NCBI GenBank assembly: GCA_019058015.1
Contig: JAHLWH010000083.1
Span: 1-23,240, forward strand
Direction of reading: 5' to 3'
DNA from: Promethearchaeota archaeon
GTDB lineage: Archaea; Asgardarchaeota; Lokiarchaeia; Sigyniarchaeales; SOKP01
Length of the DNA stretch: 23,240 nt
The translations under genes were made by a program, and so were the position numbers. Of the stretch, positions 1 through 9,684 are shown piece after piece. Under the pieces are notes generated by a model that made no database searches, was not told where the DNA came from, and saw only the letters and a list, made by a program, of their open reading frames with translations. How positions within the stretch are numbered: the stretch's first letter is position 1; each line of letters starts with the position of its first letter.

Positions 1-94
1 ATTCTTTTTTATTTATATAGATTTAATTTCTAATTATTTTTAGAATAAATTCACTAATAAAATAAAATTTATGAAAATTGAAAATTGATTTAAT

Positions 95-1528
95 ATGAGT
101 GAAATTGATGAGTTCGAATTAACTGATATAAAGAGCGATAAAAAACGAGAAAAGAATTCAGATATTTCCAAAGAAGTTAGTGATAACTACATTTCATATA
201 AGGAATTTATGAAAACTGTTAAAAAAACGAGAATTTTACCTTCTTCTTATAAGAATTTTCCACATTTTGATGAGATATCCGCAGAAAAGCAAATAGAGGA
301 TATAAAAGTAGGGAAAAAAAAAGGACCGATTGATAATGAGCAAACTTTTGATATATACTCTGGAGATATTAGCGATGATAACGCTGAAGAGAGTAACAAA
401 CACGTTTCTTATGAGGAGTTTTTAAGAAGGGTTAAAAAAACTAGGATCACACCCCTTTCTTCAGAAGGTTTACCAAATTTTGGTGAAAGATCTCTTGAAC
501 AACCACTAAATGATACAAAAGCAGGTAAAAAGAAAGTTGAGATTGAAAATAAGCAGGCTTTTGATATGTATTCTGGAGATATTGATGTAGATAAGGCTGA
601 AGGGAGGAACAAACACGTTTCTTATGAAGAGTTTTTGAGAAGAGTTAAAAAAACAAGAGTCACACCTCTCTCTACAGAGGGTTTACCAAATTTTGAAATG
701 AAACCTCAAGAACAAATCATAAAAGATGGTATTGAAGTTAAGAAGAAAATTGAGAACGATGATGAAAAAATATTGGTCTTTAAATCAAAAAAAGAGGAAA
801 AAAATTCAGAAACAATTGAGAATATATCAAAAAAAATTGAAAATAAAACAAAAAAAGAGTCTATTAAGAAGAGTGATGAAAAGGTAAAAGAGGAAAAATC
901 AAAAGTAGAAGAGGAGAAGAAAAAAGAGATTAAAAAATCTAAAGAAGAGACATTGGAAGAAAAGCAAAGATCCAAAGAAATTAACGGAGAAAAAGAAAAA
1001 TCAGAAGAAGAAATAAAATCAGAATCCTCTTTAGTGAATGATGAGAAAAAAGAATTACCTTCAGAAAAGCAAAAATCTCAAGATATCAAAAGAGAAGGAG
1101 AAAAAACGGATCAAAAGCAAGAGAAGAAGAAAGAAGAGAACTGGAATGAGATATTAAGAAAAAAGACCAGAGAGGAGAGAGAGGAGCAGATTTGGAACGA
1201 TCCAGAAAAAGAAGGAATACACAGTGATATGTTGAAATTAAATAATGAATCCAACGATATAGAATCTATAAGAACAAAAATTAAAAAAGTGGAGCCTTTA
1301 AAGGAGAGTATAAAAGAAGAACAAAACCTAGAAGATTTAAGAAAGGGTTTAAAAGGGGGTTTAGAAGAGGATATAAGTAGGACCAAGGGAGAGGGGGATT
1401 TTAAAAATTTAAAAATACCAAAAGATCTCTTTTATAAAGGAAAAAATGGTTATAACTGCAAGGATGAAAATTTGTTAAAGAAAATATATGAGACACAAAA
1501 ATCATTTACTAAAACTGATTATACCTAA
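95..1528 (+). CDS. Lys/Glu-rich coiled-coil protein with three N-terminal repeats (SYxEFxxxVKKTR[IV]xPxSxxxxxxF); paralog of the 11547..12888 gene
   Basis: 477-aa ORF from ATG. SYKEF/SYEEF motifs at residues 34, 105 and 176 give a 71-aa (213-bp) period. N-terminus closely matches the minus-strand copy. Confidence 0.75.
   Translation: MSEIDEFELTDIKSDKKREKNSDISKEVSDNYISYKEFMKTVKKTRILPSSYKNFPHFDEISAEKQIEDIKVGKKKGPIDNEQTFDIYSGDISDDNAEESNKHVSYEEFLRRVKKTRITPLSSEGLPNFGERSLEQPLNDTKAGKKKVEIENKQAFDMYSGDIDVDKAEGRNKHVSYEEFLRRVKKTRVTPLSTEGLPNFEMKPQEQIIKDGIEVKKKIENDDEKILVFKSKKEEKNSETIENISKKIENKTKKESIKKSDEKVKEEKSKVEEEKKKEIKKSKEETLEEKQRSKEINGEKEKSEEEIKSESSLVNDEKKELPSEKQKSQDIKREGEKTDQKQEKKKEENWNEILRKKTREEREEQIWNDPEKEGIHSDMLKLNNESNDIESIRTKIKKVEPLKESIKEEQNLEDLRKGLKGGLEEDISRTKGEGDFKNLKIPKDLFYKGKNGYNCKDENLLKKIYETQKSFTKTDYT
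194..710 (+). repeat. In-frame tandem repeat, 213-bp unit, about 2.4 copies, coding
   Basis: Units start near 194, 407 and 620 (KHVSYEEFLRRVKKTR[IV]TPLS[ST]EGLPNF...). Confidence 0.8.
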
Positions 1529-2972
1529 AAAATCAAGATTGTGAAAATATTCCAAATAGTTCTACGATACAACGATTAGCTCAAAAGTCATTTAAATCTA
1601 AATTAGAATATAATACTTGGAGACATGATATTAAATTAAGAGAAGTTCAAGAGATCGCCAAGGAGAGAGGTGGGGAATGTCTCTCTACTGAATATAAAAA
1701 GAGTCTTACCAAATTAAGATTTCAATGTAAGAATGGACATGAATTTGAAGCTACACCAAATGCTGTGAAAAATAAGGACCATTGGTGCCCTACATGTTCG
1801 GGAGTTAAAAAATTAACTTTAGAAGAATTTCAAGAGAGAGCCAAAGAGAGAGGTGGGGATTGTCTCTCTACTGAATATAAAAATAATTACACAAAATTAA
1901 GATTTCGATGTAAAAACCGACAGGAATTTGAAGCTACACCAATTGCTGTGAAGAATAAGAACAATTGGTGTCCTAATTGCACAAGAAATAAAAAATTAAC
2001 GCTTAAAAAGTTTCAAGATATAGCAAAAGAGAGAGGAGGGGAATGTTTATCTACTGAATATAAAAATATTGGCATAAAATTAAGATTTCAATGCAAGAAT
2101 GGACACGAATTTGAAGCTACACCAAATGCTGTGAAGAATAAAGACTCTTGGTGCCCTACATGTGCGGGAGTTAAAAAATTAACTCTTGCAGAAGTTCAAG
2201 AGACCGCCAAGAAGAGAGGTGGAGAATGTCTCTCTTCCGAATATATAGATAGTAAAAGTAAATTGAAATTTCGATGTAAAAACGGGCATGAATTCGAAGC
2301 TATTCCGAATGATGTTAGATCCAAGCATTCTTGGTGTCCTATTTGCGCAGGAAATAAAAGATTAACGCTTAAAGAGTTTCAAGATATAGCAAAAGAGAGG
2401 AGAGGGGAATGTTTATCTACTGAATATAAAAATATTATCACAAAATTAAGATTTCGATGCATGAATGGACATGAATTTGAAGCTATTCCGAATGATGTAA
2501 AATTTAAGGACTCTTGGTGTCCCATTTGCTCTGAAAGAGCCGGTGAGAGAGTTTGTCGAGGTCTTTTCGAAGGTATATTTAATAAGGATTTTGAAAAAGC
2601 TAGACCTGAATGGTTAAAAATAGTGCAGGTCATCAATTGGAGTTAGATGGATATAACGACGAATTGAAGCTTGCTTTTGAGCGCCAGGGAGAACAACATT
2701 ATGAATGGCCTAACTATTTCCACAAGACCGTAAAAGATTTTATATCACAATTGTCTAATGATCAACAAAAGGAAGAACTGTGCGAGACGCATGGAGTAAC
2801 CTTAATTGAGGTTCCTTATCGGATAAAATTTGAAGAATATCAAGATTATATCATTAAACAGTGCAAAAAGAGAGGAATAAATGTCCCTCAAATGAAAAAT
2901 AAAATAGATTGGAAAAAATTTAAGTGGGATACCAACGATGATAGCAATAGATCATTAAAGGAATGGATTTAA
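1519..2972 (+). pseudogene. Treble-clef/zinc-ribbon repeat protein fused to a Vsr/PD-(D/E)XK-like nuclease domain, split by a single-nucleotide frameshift near 2620
   Basis: The open frame runs from 1519 (after TGA 1516-1518) to 2646. The listed start at 1765 is a GTG inside a repeat. Adding one A to the run at ~2620 joins ...ARPEWLK to NSAGHQLELDGYNDELKLAFERQGEQHYEWPNYFHKT... encoded by 2610..2972. Confidence 0.65.
1642..2541 (+). repeat. Five 180-bp tandem coding repeats (60-aa treble-clef-like zinc module)
   Basis: Unit consensus ExQExAKERGGECLSTEYKN..TKLRFxCKNGHEFEATPNxVKNKxxWCPxCxGxKKLTL, at 1642, 1822, 2002, 2182 and 2362. Confidence 0.85.
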
Positions 2973-3157
2973 AAATTCGATTAATTTTAAAATTTATTGA
3001 AAATAATATAAAATTTTTTTATTTCTTATTTGCTTCATTATTTTTAAATCTCTTAAATAATATTAAAAAAAATCTATATAGATTAATAAAAATTAAAAAT
3101 AATTAAAAACCCAAATTTAGATTATCTTATTATAAAAAAGAAATGTGATTTAAATTT

Positions 3158-3691
3158 ATGCCTGGAAAAGAAAAAGCAGTTATAGAGATATCAAAAGAAG
3201 TATTTAAAGAGCCATTAGAAGTAATAAAGCAAATGACTAAAAATTTTGATAGCATAACGTTTACGAAAGTTATTCAAACCTATGTTATAGAAAATCAAAA
3301 TATAAATTTAGCATTAGAACGAAATGGTAATATTTTCGCAAAGGGAAAACTTGTGTGGTTGGGAAACCGAAAAGATTCCAGTGAGGGTAGCATATTTTGT
3401 TTTGATACAGGGAGTCAGATGAGAACAATTACTCCATCACCTGATAATACAGAAAAGGTAATTTTAGATCCAAGAAAAGATTTAATAAAAATTTCAACTA
3501 TATCCAGGATTAAATGCCCAATTTGTGAGAAAAGTATAGAAATTTTCGATGAGCAGGTAATTTGCCCAATTTGTGGTGCAAAGGCTCATAAAAATCATTT
3601 CTTCGAATGGGTAAAGATGAAAAAATCCTGTCCAGTTTGTAAAAAAGCACTAGAAATATCTGAAGATGACCAGATTTATATAACAGAATAA
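3158..3691 (+). CDS. Protein with C-terminal RING-like zinc-binding domain
   Basis: 177-aa ORF ending CPICEKSIEIFDEQVICPICGAKAHKNHFFEWVKMKKSCPVCKK; Cys/His spacing resembles RING-H2/treble clef. Confidence 0.7.
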   Translation: MPGKEKAVIEISKEVFKEPLEVIKQMTKNFDSITFTKVIQTYVIENQNINLALERNGNIFAKGKLVWLGNRKDSSEGSIFCFDTGSQMRTITPSPDNTEKVILDPRKDLIKISTISRIKCPICEKSIEIFDEQVICPICGAKAHKNHFFEWVKMKKSCPVCKKALEISEDDQIYITE

Positions 3692-4447
3692 TTATATAAT
3701 CGACCTAAGAGAAGATAACATATAATTTTTAATTTGTTGAGGTTTAATTAATCCTTCATGAATTGCCGTAGCAAGCAAGACTCCTGAAAAATTATGTTTT
3801 TCAATTTTAAGAATGTCATTAAAATCTTTAATACCGCCTCCTATTAAAAGAGATATTTCTGTGTTATTACGGATTTCGATAAATTCTCTAGGGATATTTC
3901 CTGTTTTTTTACCCACTCTTGATAAATCTAAAAGAATAACTTCTAAAACTCCTAATTTTTGAATTTGCTTAATAAATTGAAAAGGGCTAAAATTTTTGAT
4001 TTCTTGACTCTGGGTTAAAAGTAGATTATTTTTAAGATCAATACTTACAATAATATCTCTCTGCTTGAATATATCAAGAGCAATTTCAATAATTTTCATA
4101 CATAGAATTGTTTCCGTTCCAAGAATTAACTTATTTATTCCTAATTCATAGAATTTCCAAAGGTCTTCCTCAGATTTTATTCCAGGATCTAATAATATAT
4201 CTACATCAAAAGTATTAATGATATTTTTTATTATATCAAGATTCGGAGTATTTTTAAGTATAGAATCCAAATCTGCAATGTAGATCTCAGACACTGATAA
4301 TTTTTCAATATATGCTTCAATTAATTTAATGGGATCTGAAGAATCCTTTATTAAAACTGATAATAATGGAACATAAGTTTCTCTTTTACCAGCAACGGCA
4401 TGTATAACCATTGAATTTAGGAGATCAATGACCGGTATAATTCTCAT
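3692..4447 (-). CDS. HisA/HisF-family TIM-barrel protein (HisA-like)
   Basis: 251-aa ORF; MRIIPVIDLLNSMVIHAVAGKRETYVPL N-terminus, SLLIGGGIKDFNDI and GVLLATAIHEG motifs. Confidence 0.75.
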   Translation of the reverse strand: MRIIPVIDLLNSMVIHAVAGKRETYVPLLSVLIKDSSDPIKLIEAYIEKLSVSEIYIADLDSILKNTPNLDIIKNIINTFDVDILLDPGIKSEEDLWKFYELGINKLILGTETILCMKIIEIALDIFKQRDIIVSIDLKNNLLLTQSQEIKNFSPFQFIKQIQKLGVLEVILLDLSRVGKKTGNIPREFIEIRNNTEISLLIGGGIKDFNDILKIEKHNFSGVLLATAIHEGLIKPQQIKNYMLSSLRSII

Positions 4448-4705
4448 TAGGAAATAAAAATCTCTTTTTTATTTAAAAATATCAATAATGAGAAATTAAT
4501 AAAATCATAGTAAAAAAAAATTGTCACGCTTTTTTTTAAAAATTTAAAAAAAAAATTTCAACTTGTTTTTTTACTTATTATGATGATAATAATAAATTAT
4601 TAATTTGCAGAAGTAATATCTTTTAAAAGATTTGTAATAATGAAATTTTATAAAAACCATACATTTTGTAAATGAAAATAATAATCAAAAGGATATTAAA
4701 GAGAT

Positions 4706-6427
4706 ATGAGCGAAAACGAAGAATACATAAATAAAATTATCCAAAAAACGGGTTTAAGTAAGAAAGAAATACAAAAACGAATGGAAGAGAAAAAATTAGC
4801 CCTAAAAGGTTTAATTTCTGATGAAGGAGCTCTTTTTATTGTTGCCAAGGAATTGGGGGTGGAGATACAAAATAAAAATAAAATCACTTCAGAGAAAATC
4901 GAAATAAATATCAGTGATATTTCGTTAAATATGAAAAATCTTTCATTGATCGGAAGAATAAGAGAAACTAATCCAGTAAATAATTTTACAAGAAAGGATG
5001 GAACTTTAGGCTTGGTTGGTTCTTTTTTACTTCATGACTCAACCGGAGATATACGTATTGTTCTTTGGGATGAGAAAACAAAAATAATAGAAAATGATTA
5101 TTTTCAGAAAAATGAATTAGTAAAAATTATTAATGCTAACGTTAGAATGGGAAGATATAATGAAAAAGAAGTCCATGTAGGTAGAAATGGGAGAATTATT
5201 CTATCTCCTGATGATGTTGATTATAAGAAATATCCAGAAATTAAAGAACAATTAATTTCTATTAAAGATATTAATTTAAATTTAAGATCAATTACTATCT
5301 CTGGAGAAATCTCGCAAATATATCCAAAACATGAATTTAAGAGGACTGATGGTGAAATAGGAAAAGTTCGTTCTCTAGTTATTGGTGATTCTACAGGCAT
5401 AATAACAGTTACTTTTTGGAATCAAGATGTGGAGAAATTATCTGAATATAATTTGGGAGATTTTGTTAATATTTCAAATTTATATCCTAAACAAAATAAT
5501 AGAAATCCAGAAAAAATTGATTTATATTTTGGAAAAACTTCACAAATAAAAAAAGAAAAAACCAAAAAAAAGGAGCAACAACTCTTAAAAATTGAACTGC
5601 TCCAAAAACATCAAGGTTTTGTCAATTTTCAAGGAATTATTACACAAATCGATAATCTTAAAAAAGTCAAATTAAAAAATAATGAAGAAATTTCCCTTTT
5701 AAATTTTATCGTGAGTGATGATACTGACGCAATTAGAGTATCATTATGGAAAGATGCAGCAGAAAGATTTTCAGATATTCTTAAATTGGGTGATGGTATA
5801 TCATTAAAAAATGTCTTAGTTAAATTTAATTCATTTTCTTCAAGAAATGAGGTTTCATTTACAACAACATCAGAAATTGATAAAATCGATTTAGAAATTC
5901 AAGACATTAAAAATATCTCCCAAGATTATTCAACTCAAGGAACAGATAAAACTAAATTTTCGGGAAAATATACAAAAATTTCAGAAATAAATTCTTCTGG
6001 GAGATTCGAAGTAAAGGGCTTTATTGCAAAAGAAATTTCTAATATTACCGTTTATAATTCTTGTCCTGATTGTTTCAAAAAAGTTGAGAATTGCACATGT
6101 GATATAAAAAAAGATTTTATTCCTAGAATGATTTTGAATTTAATATTAGATGATGAATCCGGGACAATAAGAGGGAGTTTTATTGGAGATCTGGCAGAAA
6201 AAATTCTAGGAGTGAAAACATCTGATTTAGTTTTTATAAAAGAGACTCCTGAGTTTGAAGATTATTTAAAAAAAATCTCTGAAAAATTATTAGGTAAAGA
6301 AATTATTATCAAAGGTAAATGCAAGTTTAATGATTTTAGTAATAATTATGAAATAAACGTATATGATTTTAAAGAAGTAGATCCAATACTTGAATTGAAA
6401 CATATCGTTAAAGAAATTGAAAGTTAA
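4706..6427 (+). CDS. Replication protein A-like ssDNA-binding protein with multiple OB folds and a zinc finger
   Basis: 573-aa ORF; repeated OB-fold blocks (GDSTGIITVTFWNQD, DDTDAIRVSLWKD, DDESGTIRGSFIGD) and CPDCFKKVENCTCD. Confidence 0.85.
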   Translation: MSENEEYINKIIQKTGLSKKEIQKRMEEKKLALKGLISDEGALFIVAKELGVEIQNKNKITSEKIEINISDISLNMKNLSLIGRIRETNPVNNFTRKDGTLGLVGSFLLHDSTGDIRIVLWDEKTKIIENDYFQKNELVKIINANVRMGRYNEKEVHVGRNGRIILSPDDVDYKKYPEIKEQLISIKDINLNLRSITISGEISQIYPKHEFKRTDGEIGKVRSLVIGDSTGIITVTFWNQDVEKLSEYNLGDFVNISNLYPKQNNRNPEKIDLYFGKTSQIKKEKTKKKEQQLLKIELLQKHQGFVNFQGIITQIDNLKKVKLKNNEEISLLNFIVSDDTDAIRVSLWKDAAERFSDILKLGDGISLKNVLVKFNSFSSRNEVSFTTTSEIDKIDLEIQDIKNISQDYSTQGTDKTKFSGKYTKISEINSSGRFEVKGFIAKEISNITVYNSCPDCFKKVENCTCDIKKDFIPRMILNLILDDESGTIRGSFIGDLAEKILGVKTSDLVFIKETPEFEDYLKKISEKLLGKEIIIKGKCKFNDFSNNYEINVYDFKEVDPILELKHIVKEIES

Positions 6428-6561
6428 TTCAATAGTCTATATTTTAATTCATTATTTGGATTTTTTTTTTTCCACAAATAATATAAATGAAAACATAATT
6501 AGATTAAAATAAAACCCTAATTAAGCTAATCAATTTAATTGTGATTCAATAGTTCATTAAA

Positions 6562-7512
6562 TTGAATAATATGCCAAATTCGCCAGAAATATTAGGATTA
6601 GGAGAAATTGTAGTAGATTGGGTATCCCAAATTCCTCATTTTCCTAAGCCAGACGAGAAAATTGATTCTTTTCACCAAGAGATATTTGGTGGTGGAGTAA
6701 CGGCAAACTTTTTAGTTGCTACAACAAGATTAGGTGTATTTTCTGGATTTATTGGTGCTGTAGGACAAGATGAGAATGGTGAGTTTTTAATTAAAGATCT
6801 TAAAAATGAAGGTGTAGATACAAAATATACTTATAAAAAGGGAGATCTTAAAACACCAGTTAATTTCATCATAGTAGCGTCAAATAGTGGAGAGAAAATG
6901 ATAATTCAATCTCCTTATATGCAATATTCTCTCTCAATAAAGGATCTAGATAATGATTATATAGCTTCCTCAAAATTATTACATACTACAGCAATTCATC
7001 ATGAATTGACGGAGGAAGCAATCAAAATTGCAAAGAAAAACGACGTTAAGGTTTCTCTTGATCTTGAAACACAAATTGCTATAAGGGGATGGAATAAATT
7101 AAAAAAAATAATTCAAAATGTAGATGTTTTATTACCTAATAAAGAAGGGGCAATGTCAATAACTAATACAAATTCCCCTAAGGAAGCTGCGAGTTTTCTT
7201 ACAAAAAAAGGAATACCTCTCGTGATAATTACTCTTGGGAGTCAAGGTGTATTAATTTCCACAGAGAATTTTCAAAAAGTAATTTCATCCTACAACATAG
7301 ATAAAGTAGTAGATACTACTGGTGCTGGTGATACTTTTATTGGCGCATTTTCAGTTGCTTATTGGATTAAGGGATGGGATTTGGTTAAAGCATGTAAATA
7401 TGCAAATGCAGCAGCGGGAATTAAAATTGGTAAGCTTGGTGCTCGAACAGGTATGCCAACACATAAAGAAATTTTAGCTTTTTTAGAAGAGAGGAATGAG
7501 AATTTATTTTAA
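6562..7512 (+). CDS. PfkB-family carbohydrate kinase (ribokinase-like)
   Basis: GGGVTANFLVATTRLG near the N-terminus and DTTGAGDTFIGAFSVAYW signature. Confidence 0.85.
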   Translation: MNNMPNSPEILGLGEIVVDWVSQIPHFPKPDEKIDSFHQEIFGGGVTANFLVATTRLGVFSGFIGAVGQDENGEFLIKDLKNEGVDTKYTYKKGDLKTPVNFIIVASNSGEKMIIQSPYMQYSLSIKDLDNDYIASSKLLHTTAIHHELTEEAIKIAKKNDVKVSLDLETQIAIRGWNKLKKIIQNVDVLLPNKEGAMSITNTNSPKEAASFLTKKGIPLVIITLGSQGVLISTENFQKVISSYNIDKVVDTTGAGDTFIGAFSVAYWIKGWDLVKACKYANAAAGIKIGKLGARTGMPTHKEILAFLEERNENLF

Positions 7513-7517
7513 AAAAA

Positions 7518-8207
7518 ATGGTGAAAAAAATGGATTTTATTCAGAAAAGGTATGAATTAGTTGAAAGATTAAAAAAAGGAAGGTATTTAAATAAGAAATC
7601 GGTAATAAACGCGATGTTAAATGTTCCTCGAGAATTATTTCTTTCAGAGGATAATAAAAAAATGGCTTATATTGATACCCCCTTAACAATTGGTTATGGG
7701 CAAACAATAAGTGCCCCCCATATGAATGCTATGATGTGTGAATATTTGGATCTAAAAGAAGGAGACAATTTACTTGAAATTGGAACTGGTTCTGGATATC
7801 ATGCAGCGTTATGTGCTTATATCATAGCTCCTGAACATTCAAAAAACCCAGGTCATGTATATACAGTTGAGAGAATTAAAGAACTGGCTAATAATGCTAG
7901 AAAAAATATTGAAAAAGGAGGGTTTAGTAAAAGAATTGATGTTATACATTCCGATGGAACCTTAGGATATGAAAAAGAAGCACCCTATGATAGAATTCTT
8001 GTAACAGCCGCTTCACCACTTCCAATACCAGAACCGTTAAAAGTTCAATTAAAAGTCGGAGGAATTATGTGTATCCCTGCGGGATCAAAGAATTTCTCCC
8101 AAGATTTGTATTTATATACCAAAATAAAGGAAGATAAATTTAAGGTCGACAAGGTATGTAGTGTTCGTTTCGTACCACTGCTAGGACGTTATTCGTTTTC
8201 TGAGTAG
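7518..8207 (+). CDS. pcm: Protein-L-isoaspartate O-methyltransferase
   Basis: GQTISAPHMNAMMCEYLDLKEGDNLLEIGTGSGYHAA (PCMT and SAM-binding motifs); 5 bp after the PfkB gene. Confidence 0.88.
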   Translation: MVKKMDFIQKRYELVERLKKGRYLNKKSVINAMLNVPRELFLSEDNKKMAYIDTPLTIGYGQTISAPHMNAMMCEYLDLKEGDNLLEIGTGSGYHAALCAYIIAPEHSKNPGHVYTVERIKELANNARKNIEKGGFSKRIDVIHSDGTLGYEKEAPYDRILVTAASPLPIPEPLKVQLKVGGIMCIPAGSKNFSQDLYLYTKIKEDKFKVDKVCSVRFVPLLGRYSFSE

Positions 8208-8389
8208 TTTCTTTATGAATTTTAGGATATCTCTCTATTATTTAATGCTATACGAGTCTCAAGTAATTTCGCCGAGGCACTTTTTTAGTTATTTTCATTT
8301 ATTAAAATATCATTTAATTTTTTCATCAAAGGTTCTGGCTCAAATACCCACGTTTTTGAGTCATTAATAATGACGCATTTTATTTTATC

Positions 8390-8617
8390 ATGCCTTTAAC
8401 TCCTGAATGGACTAATTTAACTCAAATAGAGCAAATGATATTGTTATCGATTGGAATTTTTTCAATGGCAGGTTTTTTTTCATTCATTTATGGAACAATA
8501 TTAATTACAGGACAAAGCTTCTACAACAGACATAAAGGTATAAAGATAATTGTTATAAGTGTAATTATTCTCTTCATTTTAGGAGTTTCTCCTGGAATTT
8601 CATTGTTGATTATTTAA
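8390..8617 (+). CDS. Small membrane protein with two predicted TM helices
   Basis: 75-aa ORF with two hydrophobic segments (ILLSIGIFSMAGFFSFIYGTILI; IIVISVIILFILGVSPGISLLII). Confidence 0.5.
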   Translation: MPLTPEWTNLTQIEQMILLSIGIFSMAGFFSFIYGTILITGQSFYNRHKGIKIIVISVIILFILGVSPGISLLII

Positions 8618-8708
8618 TCTTCTGTTTTTTTTCCATTACTAGGTGCTAAGGGCTTCTCACAGTAATCTCCTAAATTCCTTTATGCGTTAAATCTTAACTC
8701 CTTAAAGT

Positions 8709-9179
8709 TCAATTGATTAAAGTTATATTTATGAAATCATCTGGATTATTAATCATATGATTTATTTCAGAGAGTAATTGATTTAAATCAAAGCTCTTTT
8801 TTAAATTGAATTCAATTGGCCAAATTCCAATAATAACATCTCCAATTGATTTTACATTCCCTATTAGTATTCCCTTTCTCATGCTATTTGATTTCAACGT
8901 ATAGAGAAGAATATAATAATAAGGGCAATTACTGAATTGAAAGTCTTTTCCTAATTGGAGAACTTCCTTAATATTTTGAAAAAAGAAAATGTTTTCTCTC
9001 TTTATTGTTAATTCTTTTATTTTATTGATAAAGGCTGGCTCAATCTTTACTGGTTCTTTTAAAGATAACACTTCAAAAGTTAAATTTAAAATATTTTCCT
9101 CTGAATCTAAAAATCCTTTAAATAGAACTTTATAAAACTTTCTATCATCATCTTTTTTTATATTTTTGTTTGACAACAT
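8709..9179 (-). CDS. Uncharacterised protein, probably co-transcribed with the SUI1 gene
   Basis: 156-aa ORF overlapping the end of the upstream SUI1 ORF by 32 nt. Confidence 0.6.
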   Translation of the reverse strand: MLSNKNIKKDDDRKFYKVLFKGFLDSEENILNLTFEVLSLKEPVKIEPAFINKIKELTIKRENIFFFQNIKEVLQLGKDFQFSNCPYYYILLYTLKSNSMRKGILIGNVKSIGDVIIGIWPIEFNLKKSFDLNQLLSEINHMINNPDDFINITLIN

Positions 9180-9507
9180 TCCGAATTTCTATATTTTCTT
9201 CTGGAAAACCATTATCTATTAAAAATTTTTTTATTTTAAGTCGATGATCACCTTGGAGTTCTATTGTTTTGTTTTTAACTGTTCCACCGGAAGCACAAAA
9301 CTTTTTTGCCTTTTTTGAGAAATCATTTAAATTTATATCAATATTTCCTAGAAAAGAAACAACAGTAACCCATCGACCCCATTTCCTTCTTTCAGTATAA
9401 ATATCAACACGTTGTTCCTCTTGACCTAACGATTCACAAATACATAAATCCTTAGGAAAAGAGCATTTTGGGCAGATATTTTGGTCATTAGGTATTTTTC
9501 TATACAC
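9148..9507 (-). CDS. SUI1/eIF1-family translation initiation factor with N-terminal CxxC...CxC zinc motif
   Basis: CPKCSFPKDLCICE followed by SUI1 pattern VTVVSFLGNIDINLNDFSKKAKKFCASGGTVKNKTIELQGDHRLKIKKFLIDNGFPEENIEI. Confidence 0.88.
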   Translation of the reverse strand: MYRKIPNDQNICPKCSFPKDLCICESLGQEEQRVDIYTERRKWGRWVTVVSFLGNIDINLNDFSKKAKKFCASGGTVKNKTIELQGDHRLKIKKFLIDNGFPEENIEIRNVVKQKYKKR

Positions 9508-9684
9508 TACCTTACTTTTTTTAAAAAGGTACTTTAAAATATAATTATTATTAGAATTAAATCTTATAAAAATCTTTCACTCCAAATTAAGGATCTATTT
9601 ATATGATGTCAAGTAAAAATAAATAAAATAAAATAAGTATAATTTTTTTAAATTTATATAAAAAATTGATAAAAGTGATATTAA

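Noticed and set aside
409-1386. Minus-strand ORFs 409..612, 706..975 and 1111..1386
   Set aside because: Ser/Phe-rich shadow ORFs opposite the K/E-rich coiled-coil gene.
1765-1767. Annotated start of the 293-aa ORF
   Set aside because: It is a GTG within the first zinc module; the open frame begins 246 nt earlier at 1519, so the start is artificial.
194-2541. Possible CRISPR or satellite repeat arrays
   Set aside because: Periods are 213 and 180 bp, in frame, with protein-level conservation and no spacer structure.
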